Of a stretch of 64,000 nucleotides of DNA, positions 10,401 to 22,800 are shown in pieces (position 1 is the stretch's first letter; each line of letters starts with the position of its first letter). Made by a program: the position numbers and the translations under genes. Under the pieces are notes generated by a model that saw only the letters and a list, made by a program, of their open reading frames with translations, did not search any database and had not been told where the DNA came from. The stretch is from a virus. Where the stretch lies: IMG/VR virus record IMGVR_UViG_3300026097_000009, positions 90,862-154,861 of that record; one strand, written 5' to 3'.

Positions 10401-10835
10401 GATGAAATTATCTATCATCCAGTAACATATAAAGTTTTATTTGGATCTAAAGCTGAGCCTAATTTTCAGGCACAATTTAAAGTAGTTAAGAATCCAAATA
10501 GAAACATAAATGACAACAATTTAAAAGTTAGAATTATAAGTGCTATCGACGAATTTTTTGATATTAACAATTGGGATTTTGGTGATAGATTTTATATAGG
10601 AGAATTGATAACCTATATAACAACAACTGTTGCTCCGGACATTAGCAATATGGTTATTGTTCCTCGACAGTCTAATCAAACATTTGGCACTCTATTTGAA
10701 GTACAAAGTTTAAATGATGAAATTTTTGTTAGCGGAGCAACTGTGGACGATATAGAAATTGTAGAAGCTATAACACCTTTTGAAATTTCAAGATCAACAG
10801 GATCAACAACCAATACCGGAGGCACCAGTAACTAA
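7422..10835 (+). CDS. Baseplate wedge protein (gp6 / baseplate J-like)
   Basis: DFENLR...DFNDYIESS...LIDLLA...LAYNAKR; ESIASIQQNAP...QNRMVTAEDY motif. Confidence 0.9.
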   Translation: MTTSVRQNNLLVNQDWTRIYQTFKNADFKSYDFENLRRVMINYLRENYPEDFNDYIESSEYMALIDLLAFLGQSLSFRLDLASRENFIELAERKDNVLRIARSLAYNAKRNIPATGLLKFDTVSTTESVLDSSGRNLANQTIVWNDPSNSNWAEQFIAVVNSTMVANTEYGRSQGNATIEGIETDQYRFNTFSNDVPIYAFNKSVAGRSMVFEVVSTAFTGEEFIYEEDPEPGNQPGFVYRNDGKGPGSSNTGFYMLFKQGSLELADFTIEEPTTNEVVAVDSTGINDADVWLYSLNGAGIQTNQWTKVPSLSGNNIAYNSIANNIRNIYSVITKDKDRVDLVFADGNYGNLPQGPFRLYYRVSNGLNYVIRPTEMTGINLTIPYVNSSGDAHTLTVGLSLKFTVDNASATESIASIQQNAPATYYTQNRMVTAEDYNLAPLATSQNILKVRAVNRISSGISRNFDLIDSTGRYSGVNVFADDGYIYKEDTETILNFKAQNRFDAINFIRDSIEPIFSSNSVYNFYITKFPKILFTDLTTEWVEITNEINQNTGYFINNVDQTVLKTGVYTTNTLKYLSVGSLIKFVAPSGYYFDKNNNLVQGTASLSTDKTYIWTKVASLVGDGTNAGRGVLSNGLGPVTFTDRVPSEAIASRIVASFSNNIQTGLENEMVNLISNGVNFGIRYDYESGEWKIIDKDNLNLNDRFALGKAGDTTNNNLDSSWLVSFVKVADTYKVTVRQVDYRFGSVKQNRFAIEENRKIYDPNTGLTVFDQIKVLGINTDFAQIDPLKQDKVFFVDSAIQEPDGYKKPDEVNVAFADSDDDGVIDNPDSFVEIAGDDSELKFLFFIKDTTTQFDTYNYFDNSDETIILVNREVDADINNYTDGQLIYFYDIDEDVVKQVNRTTNTFDIQPNYKANYGRDNLKFQYIHNAGNDRRIDPSASNLIDVYLLPKNYDTEFRNFLKGAVSTVPVAPTSDELRIAYGSTLNQIKTVSDEIIYHPVTYKVLFGSKAEPNFQAQFKVVKNPNRNINDNNLKVRIISAIDEFFDINNWDFGDRFYIGELITYITTTVAPDISNMVIVPRQSNQTFGTLFEVQSLNDEIFVSGATVDDIEIVEAITPFEISRSTGSTTNTGGTSN

Positions 10836-13800
10836 TGGCCGTTAAAAAGTATCCAGAAAGCAATCTTCCTATACGACAAACATCGGATTTATTGCCTTCC
10901 ATTTTTAAGACCGAACAGAATGAAAAGTTCTTAAACGGAACTTTAGATGCACTTGTTCAACCAGGCGTTCTTAATAAGATAACCGGTTATGTTGGTAGAA
11001 GATACGGTAAAACATTTAACGGAAATGATGTTTATTCCGGAAACGACGAAACACTTAGAAGTAGATATCAGTTAGAAACTGGAGTTACTGTTGAAGAAAA
11101 CCAAGAAGTTAAACAATTTTATGACTATCTAGATTTTAAAAATATACTTAACTTTTTCGGAAATAATACCGATATTGATTCTGTAACTACAGATGCTAAA
11201 CATTATTCTTGGAATCCGCCTATTGACTGGGATAAGTTTATTAATTATAGACAATATTATTGGATTCCTGAAGGCCCGCCTGATGTTAATATATCGGGAC
11301 AATCTCAAAGTATTGTTAGCACATATAAAGTTAGGACCAGCGATCCTCAGAATTGGTTAATTACACCTGACGGATTAACACCGAATCCTACTTTAGAACT
11401 ATATAGAGGTCAAACATATAAGTTCGATATTAATTCTCCTGATAATCCTTTTGTTATAAGAACAAATTACGATACAGGTAGTTTACTATTTGATTCTAAC
11501 AAAGCATATGATTTGGGCCAACTTGCTCTTTATTCGAATGTTTTATATCGAGCCACCGAGTCAATACCTATTCTTCAAGGAGTTTTTAACCCTGAACAAT
11601 GGGAAATTGTCGATGCACAAGAACAAGAAACTGTTTTAGATTATAATGATGGTGTTGTTAATAATAATATTGAAAGCGGAACCGTAACTTTTACTGTTCC
11701 TTTAGATTCTCCAGATATTCTTTATTATCAAAGTTCCACAGAACCCGATCGTTTAGGACAGTTTGTTATTAAAGATATAGAAGAGAATTCCTTTGTTGAT
11801 GTAGAAAAGGAAATTATTGGAAAAGAAACTTATACAAGCGGAAACGGTATAGAATTAACTAATGGATTAGTAATTTCATTTATTGGACAGGTTACTCCGT
11901 TGTCCTATTCTTCAGGAAAATATTTGGTCGAAGGCGTAGGTGATGGAATACGATTAATACAATTTGATGATTTAGTTGTTCCGCCTACTGTTTCTAGTTC
12001 TAACCTAGATGTAATTTTTGATAATGAAGGGTTCGATACTCAGCCTTTTGATAACGCTTCGACATACCCGGGCGAAAAGGATTATATCACTATCAATAAG
12101 TCTAGCATAGATAGAAATCCGTGGAGTCGGTATAACAGATGGTTCCATAAAGATGTTTTAGAGTTTGCATTTGCACAAAACGATAGTAGTTTTTCAGCTA
12201 ACGAAGATTCTAGAGCAAAACGGCCGATAATAGAATTTCAACCTGATTTACAATTAACAAACCACGGCGGTACAGCGAAAGATACTGTAGATTTAATTGA
12301 TACTTTCACTACAGATGTTTTTTCTATTATTGAAGGAAGCCAAGGTTACAATATTGATAATATTAGTTTATATGCCGGAGCAAGAATTCTTTTTACCGCA
12401 GACACTGATTCTTTAGTTAAAAATAAAATTTATGAAGTTCAATTCATTGATCACAATGGTACTAACATAATTCATTTAGCAGAAACTGAAGATACCCTGC
12501 CTCAGGATAACGATTGTGTTATTATAAGATATGGTCAGGCCAATGGCGGCAAAATGTTCCATTATGCTAACGAAACATGGATAGAAAGTCAATCAAAAAC
12601 CGAGGTAAATCAAAGTCCTTTATTTGAATTATTTGATGAATCTGGAAATCAGTTTTCTGACATAACGATCTATGATACTACTACATTTGTAGGAACTCCG
12701 ATTGTATCCTACAAAGAAGGAACAGGGAACAATGATGCAGAATTAGGATTTCCGATAAGTTATCTTAATATTAGCAACGTAGGTGACATTGAATTCGATT
12801 ATGACTTAGATGTAGGTTCGTTTGATTATATTGATAATCAAGTACTGGTATCTAAACAGTATTCAACAGGGTATTTAAAATTTAATAATGAAAAATCTTA
12901 TGACAATTGCTGGACAGTATCTGATAATACATTCCATAGTCCTATTGTTGACAGTGTTGTTATATCTGAATCAACAACAGAACTTACATTAACCACGGTA
13001 AACTTTAAAGAAGTTACAGATGAACAAATACACCTATATGTAAACGATTTAAAAGTTGAAAATTATCAAAGATCTGTCAACACTTTTGTTTTTGATACAG
13101 CATTAAAAGAAAACGATGTATTAACAATTAAAATTTTTGCCGATGTCGAACCAGTAGATGGATATTTTGAAATACCTAAAGGTCTCGAACAAAACCCATT
13201 GAATGGCGATATCCAAGAATTTACACTCGGAACAGCGATAGATCATGTAGCGACTGCGGTAGAATTTAACAGTTCGTTGATTTCTACTGCTGATAATTCT
13301 GTTAACAAAGTAATCGGAAATAATAATCTAAGAGATTTATCGGGTTATATTCAAAATGCTACCAGATTTATGAAGCATGATGGGATTAATGCACTGGCTC
13401 TATATTTGCTGTGTGATAAAGAAAATAATGTAATTAAATCTTTAGAGTATGCAAAAAGTCAATATCGTGTATTTAAAAGTGATTTCATTAAGAACATTAC
13501 CGAAGAAGAAATATTCGATAACCCATCCGAATCTGTAGATAACATCATGAAGAAAATGACTGATAATAAAACAAATCAGTCAGCGTTCAAATATACGGAC
13601 ATGATAGGTTTCGGTGCGTATACTTCTATTCAATTAACAGTTGATGATACAGAAATAAAAACTTTTTCTTTATCCGATAATTTCGATCTAGACACTTCTA
13701 GCAATAAAGCTGTATACGTTTATCTAAATAATGTTCAGCTATTTCACGGCTACGATTACGAGTTCAATTCTGATTTTGGGTTTGTTACATTGGATGTAGA

Positions 13801-16800
13801 ATTATCAGAAGGCGACATTATCGAAATAAGAGAATACTTGTCAACAGTTTCTGGGTTTATACCAGCAACTCCTACCAAGTTAGGACTATACAAAAAATTT
13901 AAACCTGAAATTTTCATAGACGACACATTTGTAGAACCTAAGAAAATGATTCAAGGACACGATGGTAGTTTGTTTGCCGCGTTTGATGATTATCGAGATG
14001 ACATTATTCTAGAATTAGAAAAAAGAATCTACAATAATATTAAAATTTCATATAACGAAAATCTTTTGGATATAGATTCGTTGCTATCGAGTTATTACGG
14101 CAACGGCGATTTTGAAAAAGAAACATTTGATTCTATAATCGGAAAACAGTTTTTAAAATGGATATCTAATAGCACACTTGATTATACTCAGAATGAATAC
14201 TTAGATACTGAAAACAGTTTTACCTACACGTATTCAAACATGCTAGATCCAACAAGATCTATAAACCTTCCAGGGTATTGGCGAGGAGTGTATCGATGGT
14301 TTTTCGATACAGATCGTCCACATACAAGACCTTGGGAAATGTTAGGATTTTCAGAAGAACCGTCGTGGTGGCAAACAGAATACGGTCCTGCTCCCTACAC
14401 TAAAGGAAACTTAGTTCTATGGGAAGATATAGAAAACGGAATTATTAGACAAGGGTCTCGTGCAGGAACATATGACAAGTATAAACGTCCAGGGCTGACT
14501 AACTATATTCCGGTGGATCACAGTGGAAATCTTCAAAGCCCTTTAAATGCAGGCATTGCTAAGAATTTTGTATTGGTCAATAACCAAGGTGCATTTAAGT
14601 TCGGAGACGTAGGCCCGGTTGAAAGTTCTTGGAGATATAGTTCAGATTATCCTTTCAGTGTTATTATAGGATTATCACTTTTACAGCCTTTTAAAATTAT
14701 ATCACAAAATTTGGATAAGGTCGGATTTACCACAAATTTATTAGGACAAACTGTTGATGTCGATACATTTAAATTTAAAAATGTAGATCAAATTAATGTT
14801 CCTACAGCAACAAACATTACTGGAGGAATAATAAATTATGTTACAGACTACATTTTAAGCCAAGGACGAACTTCGGAATCTTTACAAAATGTATTCGAAA
14901 ACTTTAATGTAAGATTGTCGCATAGACTATCTGGCTTTGTGGATCAAGATAAACTTAATTTTGTTTTGGATAGTAAAAATCCTAGATCTGCAAGCGAAAG
15001 CGTATTTTTGCCTGCAGAAAATTACCAGTTATTTTTTAATGAGTCTGCTCCTATAGAAACTTTAGAATACAGCGGAGTTATTGTAGAAAAAGTTTCTACA
15101 GGATTCAAGATAAACGGTTACAATCAAAATAAGCCATATTTTAACTACATTAAACCTGTAGAATCAAAAGGCGATCCGGTGTTTGAAGTCGGCGGAATTT
15201 CTGAATCTTTTGTAGATTGGACTCCTGAACAATTTTATGCCAACGGCACACTTGCAAGATTTAATAACAGATATTATAGATCCAAGCAATCGCATACAAG
15301 CGGAACGGATTTTGATTCGTCTTTATGGTCAGCATTACCTAAGCTACCGATCGAGGGCGGTGTTGAAGCATTTAGAAGAAGAACTTTTTCTAATAAAATA
15401 ATAGAAGTTCCGTACGGAACTATCTTTACAGATATACAAAGTGTTGTTGACTTCCTTTTAGGCTATCAAAAACATCTAGAATCGAAAGGTTTTGTTTTTG
15501 ATTCTTACGATACTGAACTTAAAGTAAACAGAGATTGGCTCACCTCAGCAAAAGAGTTTATGTTCTGGAGTACACACGAATGGGCAACGGGATCTTTAAT
15601 CTCATTAAGCCCGATGTCGTTACAGGTGAGTATACGATATCCTGTAGGAGTTTCCGAAGATATTTTTGATTCGTTTTATGATTTTAATATCTTTAAGAGC
15701 GACGGCACTCCATTAAAAACAAATGAAATAGACGTTAAGAGATCTTTTCAAACTTTAGAAGTTACGTCAAAGTTATCTAACGATGGAATTTATTTCCTAG
15801 CAGTTAACTATGTGTTAAAAGAACACGTTGCATTGTTTGATGACAGAACTGTTTTTAACGATGTTGTTTACGAAAAAACTTCTGGTTATCGACAGCAACG
15901 AATAAAAGTTAGAGGATTTAAAACAGCAGATTGGGACGGAGACTACACAAGTCCGGGATTTATATTTGATAATGTAGATATAAATGATTGGCAACCGTTT
16001 ATTGATTATAAACTAGGCGATATAGTTTCGTATAGAGAGTTCTTTTATACAAGTTTAATGAACCAGTCCGGATCTGCTGAATTTATAGAGTCTAATTGGA
16101 CCAAACTAGATCTAGTACCTAAAAAAGAGTTAATTCCGAATTACGATTACAAAATTAATCAATTTGAAGATTATTTCAATTTAGATAGTGATGCAGTTGT
16201 CGGAAGCCAACGAGAATTAGCACAGCATACCTTTGGCTATCAACCAAGAAACTATCTATCTAATATTATCCAGGATGAAGTTACACAATTTAAGATTTAT
16301 CAAGGATATATTAGAGAAAAAGGTTCACTGAACAGCATATCAAAAGTTTTCGATAAGATAAGTCGAATTGACGGAAATTCTATTGATGTGAAAGAAGAGT
16401 GGGCATTTAAAACTAATACATTCGGCGGAGTGAACACCTTAACTGAAACAGAATTTAGATTACCTTACGAAAGTTTTGATTTATCTCCACAGCCTATAAT
16501 AATTCAAGAATCTGATAATATTGAACAGTCAAACGATCAATATACTCGGATTACTCCGAAGGAATTTACAATTAATAAATCTCCGTTTACAAAAAATATT
16601 TTTTCAAAGAAATTATTTAACGGAGACTCGAGAAATGCGGGATATGTTAGCACACTAGATGTTGATTATATTGTAAGAGATATTCCGGAACTTTTGTCAT
16701 TGGATATTTCTGATATTAGTGAAAATCAAAATATATGGATTACCTTTGAAGACGCATCCTGGAATGTATATAGATTTAATAGATCTGAAATTTTAACTGT

Positions 16801-19800
16801 TGAAAATGCAGAAGTAATCGATAACAATGTTGAAATTACTTTTAATCGAGCACACAATTTTTCAGTAAACGATATCATCGGATTCAAACAAATACCAGGA
16901 ATAAACGGACTCCATAAAGTTACATTCGCTGGTTTAAAAACCTTAAGATTTGAGATAACGCCACCTCTAGAAATTTCGTTTGATTCAAGCACAGTGATAA
17001 GAATTTATCAATTAACCAGTGCTAGATATTCTGGTTACGACAGAATATCCGACGAAAGTATATCGGTTCTTAATACCGGATCTAAAGTATGGATCGATGA
17101 GAACGAAAATCAAAAATGGGAAGTGTTAGAGAAGGCACAACTTTATCAAGATAAATCTATTGTTGATTATGGTGTATCACTGCCTGTAAAAACAGGGTAC
17201 AATGTTTTATACTTAGAAAATCTTAAACAGTCTGTAGTGTCTATTCCTGGATCTAACATTGTTTCAGTATTAGTAGAAACTGCTAACGGATTAGCGGCTA
17301 AGCAAGTTTTACAACCGCCGACTGGATTTAATTTTATTGATCAAAGCTTTGGTTATGGACTAGGTGTAAGTCCTGACGAAAAATATCTAGTGATCGGCGC
17401 ACCGTTAATTTCAGATATTCCTACTCCGTACAAAGGGAAATATTCGCCATCGGCAACATATGCTTCAAACAGTATTGTTGAACACGACGGTAAACTCTGG
17501 AGGGCATTGGTAGGAATAACCGGTGCCGACGGAAGTACCATTAACATATATTCCGGCGACTGGACCGAAGCAACTAATATTCGTGTAGATACGGATGAAA
17601 CAGGCAGTGGGTTAACTTCGCAAGGATTGGTTCTTGTATATGAAAGATCAAATAATAGATGGGAATTCCACTCATCTTTTGTAAGTCCAAGACCGAACGA
17701 CAACGAACGATTTGGCGAAACTATTTCTATTAGTAAAAACGGATCCAGCTACCAACTTGCTGTAGGAGCACCCGGTGCGTTAAGAAATCGAGGAAGAATC
17801 TACTTTTTTGATTTAGTTGCAAACGAGTGGAAAATCCAACAAAATGTAAATTACAGAGGGCTTTACAGTTCCGATGTTGATACTTTTTATCCAGCCGGCA
17901 GTATTGTTTACTATAATAACAACCTCTGGAGAACAAGTGTAGATGTTTACAGCGACGGAAGCACAATTACAGTAGAAAACGAAGAATGGCAGCTTATAGA
18001 TCCAGTATCTACACATTGTTCGTTGCCAACTAATATAAGTTTGCCATTCGATGGTTCGACAATCGACGATAGCACATCTAAAATAGGAATATTGTCATCC
18101 GAACAAATTGCTGAATTAACCAAAGAAGGCGATCAGTTTGGTAGAAGTTTTGCATTAACATCAACAGGTAATGTGTTAGTTGTCGGTGCTCCGTTTAGCG
18201 ACGAAAAGTTTTTCCAAAATTATCGAGGTTCTTGGCAACCGTTTGTTGAATATCTAGAAGGAGATGTAGTTAGGTATCAAGGTTCGTATCATATATTAAC
18301 CGATCCTAGCGGAAACGACAGTGCAATTACATCTAATAACGAACGTCCCGACGACGGATTACCTTGGGAAAATATCGGAGATAGCTCCAGACTGTTTATA
18401 GGAAAGGTATTTGTTTATGTTAAAAATGAATTTGGATTCTACGATCTAAAACAGACAATCAGTTCTGAGAATTTTGACAATGGACCGTTTTATGTTTACG
18501 GCACAAATGATGACATTAAAGGACATTATTATCCGCTATATACCAATGAAAGTTTAGCTAACTCTATAGGCGAAACATCGCAAGCATTTACTTTTACTGA
18601 GTATCCTGGTGTAACGTTCTATATGCCTAGCACTGATATAAATTTATACAAAAAAGAACAACCGCAGAATTTAAGAAATTACGACGATAAAGAAGTGGTA
18701 GACTTAGGAGATCAATTCGGATATCGAGTAGATGTAGACGGATCGGGATCCACTATTGTTGTTAGTAGCCCACTTTCGGATATTGAATTACAAGATCAAG
18801 GCGCAGTTTATGTGTTTAAAACGGATAATCTTGTAAGCCCTCATTACCAGTTGCTACAAAAATTAACCAGTTATGAAAATTATGTAAGTGAATTTTTTGG
18901 ATCTGATGTTTCAATAAGTAAAAACAATGAAAAAATTGTAGTAGGAGCTAAAAACTCCCCATTTGTAAAACCAACTTCGTTTGACTTAGAATCTGGAACT
19001 TCTTTTGATTCTGGCACTACTAATTTTATATTCGATCTCGGCTATCCTGGACAAGCTTATGTCTTTGAAAGAAAGCCGGAACGTTATTTCTTAGCTGAAA
19101 AACTGCAATCTGAAAACTTCCAAGATGACGAGAGTTTCGGATCGTCTGTTGATTGCTCGAGTGATAAAGTATTGGTAGGTTCGCCTGATTTTATAGTAGG
19201 AAATTCTGCATTCGGAAACGCAAGGTTATTCAGTAATGCAGGACTAAAAAGTATTTCTACAATTGGTATACAAACAGAACTAACTGATCCGTTCGAGATA
19301 CAGAACATAAGTTTGTTTGATAATTTTACCAACACTAAGACTGGTGATATCGAGATTGTCGATTCCTATAAATTTAAATTTTTAAGTTTAGTTGAACAGG
19401 AATTAAGTTTTAAAACAATGTACGATCCTGCAATCTACACCGCAGGAAATAATGAAACTACCGTACAACAAAATCAAGCGTGGTTTGAGAAAAATGTCGG
19501 AAAGCTATGGTTAGATCTTTCTACAGTAAAATGGTTAAACTACGAACAAGAAGATGTCGGATACCGTATTAGCAATTGGAATCGTACTGCATACGGATCG
19601 TCTGTAGATGTTTATGAATGGGTAGAAACAAAATTACTCCCTAGTGAATGGGCAGCCATTGCAGATACTACAGAGGGATTGTCTGCAGGGATTTCGGGAC
19701 AACCTTTGTATGCCGACGATACTGTATATTCACAGAAAATACTTTATAATATAGAAACAGGACAAACTTCCGAGACTTTGTATTATTATTGGGTAAAAGA

Positions 19801-22800
19801 TAAAAAAATTACTCCTAACTTGACTACTAGGTCAATAAGTTCGTTCGATGTTAAAACTTACATTGAAAATCCAGCAGCCGCACAAATTCCGTTTGTTGCA
19901 TTAATAGATGAAGACAAATTTATTTTATATAATTACGAAACAGTTTTAAGAAATAATGAGACATATATTAACTTCTTAAACAAAGATAGTGAAATTGTAA
20001 ACCCTGTTCACAAAGAATATCAACTATTAACTGAAGGAAATATAGAAAAAGAATTAAGCGAAGACTTAGAGTTGAAATGGATTGATAGTCTAATAGGCTA
20101 TGATTTAAATGCAAACAAAGTTCCCGATCCAAATCTTCCAGAAAGACAAAAATATGGTATCGGTTTTAGACCTAGACAGGGTATGTTTGTCGATAATAGA
20201 GAAGCTTTAAAAATCGTCGTCAACAGAATAAATCTTATTTTAAGTTCTCAACCTTATGTTGAAACATTAGATTTAACTGATTTCTTTGATAGTCAAGAAA
20301 TTCCAAATTCTACGTTAAACTTATACGATACATCCGTAGAAAATTTTGCTGACCTAGACAACGTCGGAGCTATAAGATTAACTTCTGCTTCTTTGCAAGC
20401 CAACATTGTGAATGGTGAAATTGATACTGTTGATATAATAAATCCCGGATTTGGGTACCGAGTACCGCCAACTGTTGAAGTAATCGGAAACGGTGAAAAT
20501 GCAGAAATTACCACAGTTATTAATTCTATAGGCCAAGTAACAGCAGTTAATGTTGTTAATGCAGGAAGAAAATATACAACTGTCGATCTCAAAATAAGAG
20601 CATTTTCTGTTCTTGTAGAGAGTGACGAAACTTCAAACAATTTTTGGAGTGTATATGAATATGACGAAAATAGAAATACTTTTTATAGAAGTATAACTCA
20701 AGATTATGATGTATCTCGTTATTGGGATTATGTAAATTGGTGGCAGGACGGATACGGCCCAGATTCTAAAGTTTCGTTCGAAATCGAAAACTTTAGTTTA
20801 ATTCCTACATTAAATTTAACGTCCGGTAATCTTATAAGAATCAAAGAATACGGCACAGGCGGTTGGGTTGTTCTAGAAAAGAATGAATCTAATACAGGCG
20901 ATATTGGAACAGATTTTAATATAGTAGGTAGACAAGACGGAACTATTTCTTTAAAATCGAGCTTATATGACGATACTGCATTCGGACTAGGGTTCGACAG
21001 CATAGATTCTTTTGATACAACTAAGTATGATAAAGAACCGTATTTAGAAACAAGAAAACTATTGTATGCAATTAAAAATAATATCTTTGTAAATGAACTT
21101 GCCACTGAATGGAACAAGCTGTTTTTTGCAAGTATTAAATATGCATTTACAGAACAAGAATATGTTGATTGGGCGTTCAAAACAAGTTTTGTTAATGTTA
21201 AACATACTGTTGGGGATCTTGATCAGCCTACAAATTATCGTCCAGATGGATTAGACAGTTATCTAAGTTACCTAGAAGAAGTAAAGCCTTTTAGAACATC
21301 AATACGAGAATTTATTAGTAGCTATAATGAAATTGAAGATACTCCTACTATAACCACTGACTTTGATTTGCCTCCTTACTATAACACTAATGCAGGAAAG
21401 GTGTTAAGCGTAAATCAATATGATTCTAATCTCCAGAATTATCCGTGGAAATATTGGTCCGATAATCAAGGGTATGCTATAACCGAAATTGAAATAGCCA
21501 ATGCAGGTAGTGGTTATACAAATCCTCCAAGCGTAGTTATTACTGGCACTGGCTCCGGCGCATCCGCTAGAGCTTTTATTAGAAACGGTTCAGTAAGTAG
21601 AATACAGATTATTAATAAAGGCTACGGATACACTTCTAACACAGTAGTGTCGTTGGTTGGAGGTAATGGTAGTAATCCTGATAATGCAAAAGCAGTTCCT
21701 ATACTTGGCGATAATTTAATTAGAAACATCGATACAAAAATTAAATTTGATCGTATTTCTAAAAATCCTCTATACTCAACACTTACTAAAGAAGAGTCGT
21801 TTATTGCAACAGGAAATACATCTGTATTCACATTAAGTTACGCTCCTACTCGTAATAAAAATGATATTGTAGTTTATAGGAATAATCAAATATTATTAAA
21901 CAGTGATTACTCTATAACACTCTTTACTCAGTATAACAATCAATATACACAGTTAAAAGGAAGGTTAACTCTAACAGAAGTTCCTGATGCTAATGATGTT
22001 ATTACAGTAATGTATAATATTAACAATGAATTACTAGATTCAGTAGCAAGAATTAACAAATTCTACAGTCCATTGGCAGGAATGAAAGGTAAAGAATTAA
22101 ATCAACTAATGACAGGTATAGATTTCGGCGGTGTGCAAATCCAAGGAAATACATTCGATGTTACTGGAGGATGGGATGCATTACCTTGGTTTACTGATAA
22201 TTGGGATTCAGTAGAGAGTAATACTGATTTCTATGTAGTCGCCGATGGTAGTACCACATCTGTAACATTACCGTATACCCCAGAGTCTGGCGAAATCATA
22301 ACGGTTTATTTGAAACGGTCGGGGTCTGATTTAGTTCAAACAATCGATGATTTGCAATATTCAGATGTTCCAGATGAACCTAAAACTGTTCGTATAGATG
22401 ATCCTTATTTTGATCAGTATGACGGAACTACAGTACAACCGAACGGAAGAACTACTGCTCCGGATAGTGCGTTGATGCCTTCTTTTATTGGAGACGGTAG
22501 CACAAAGACTGTTGAAATAGGGTCATACGTAAGAACCTATGAAAATGATATTTTAGTCTTTAGAAAGTTAGAAAGTGATGGTACTGTAACAATTGAAGAT
22601 GAAAACATTGTAGATACAAACCTATCCGGAGGTAATTTAAATTTTGCAGGAGGCGCATACAGCACCGCTAATGGAACAACTGCTGAAGAGATAGTAATAG
22701 AAGGTGGAAAATTTATATCTCCTGAACAATCAACAGGCCCCGAAGAAAATCTTCCGGGACAAGTTTTAGAAAGTCTTAGTTTTAAAGTATTCACTAAAAA

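Noticed and set aside
1462-10835. Bacterial eCIS/tailocin or T6SS locus
   Set aside because: Flanked by gp55- and gp47-like genes, polymerase, clamp and RNase H with no bacterial housekeeping genes; this is a phage genome.
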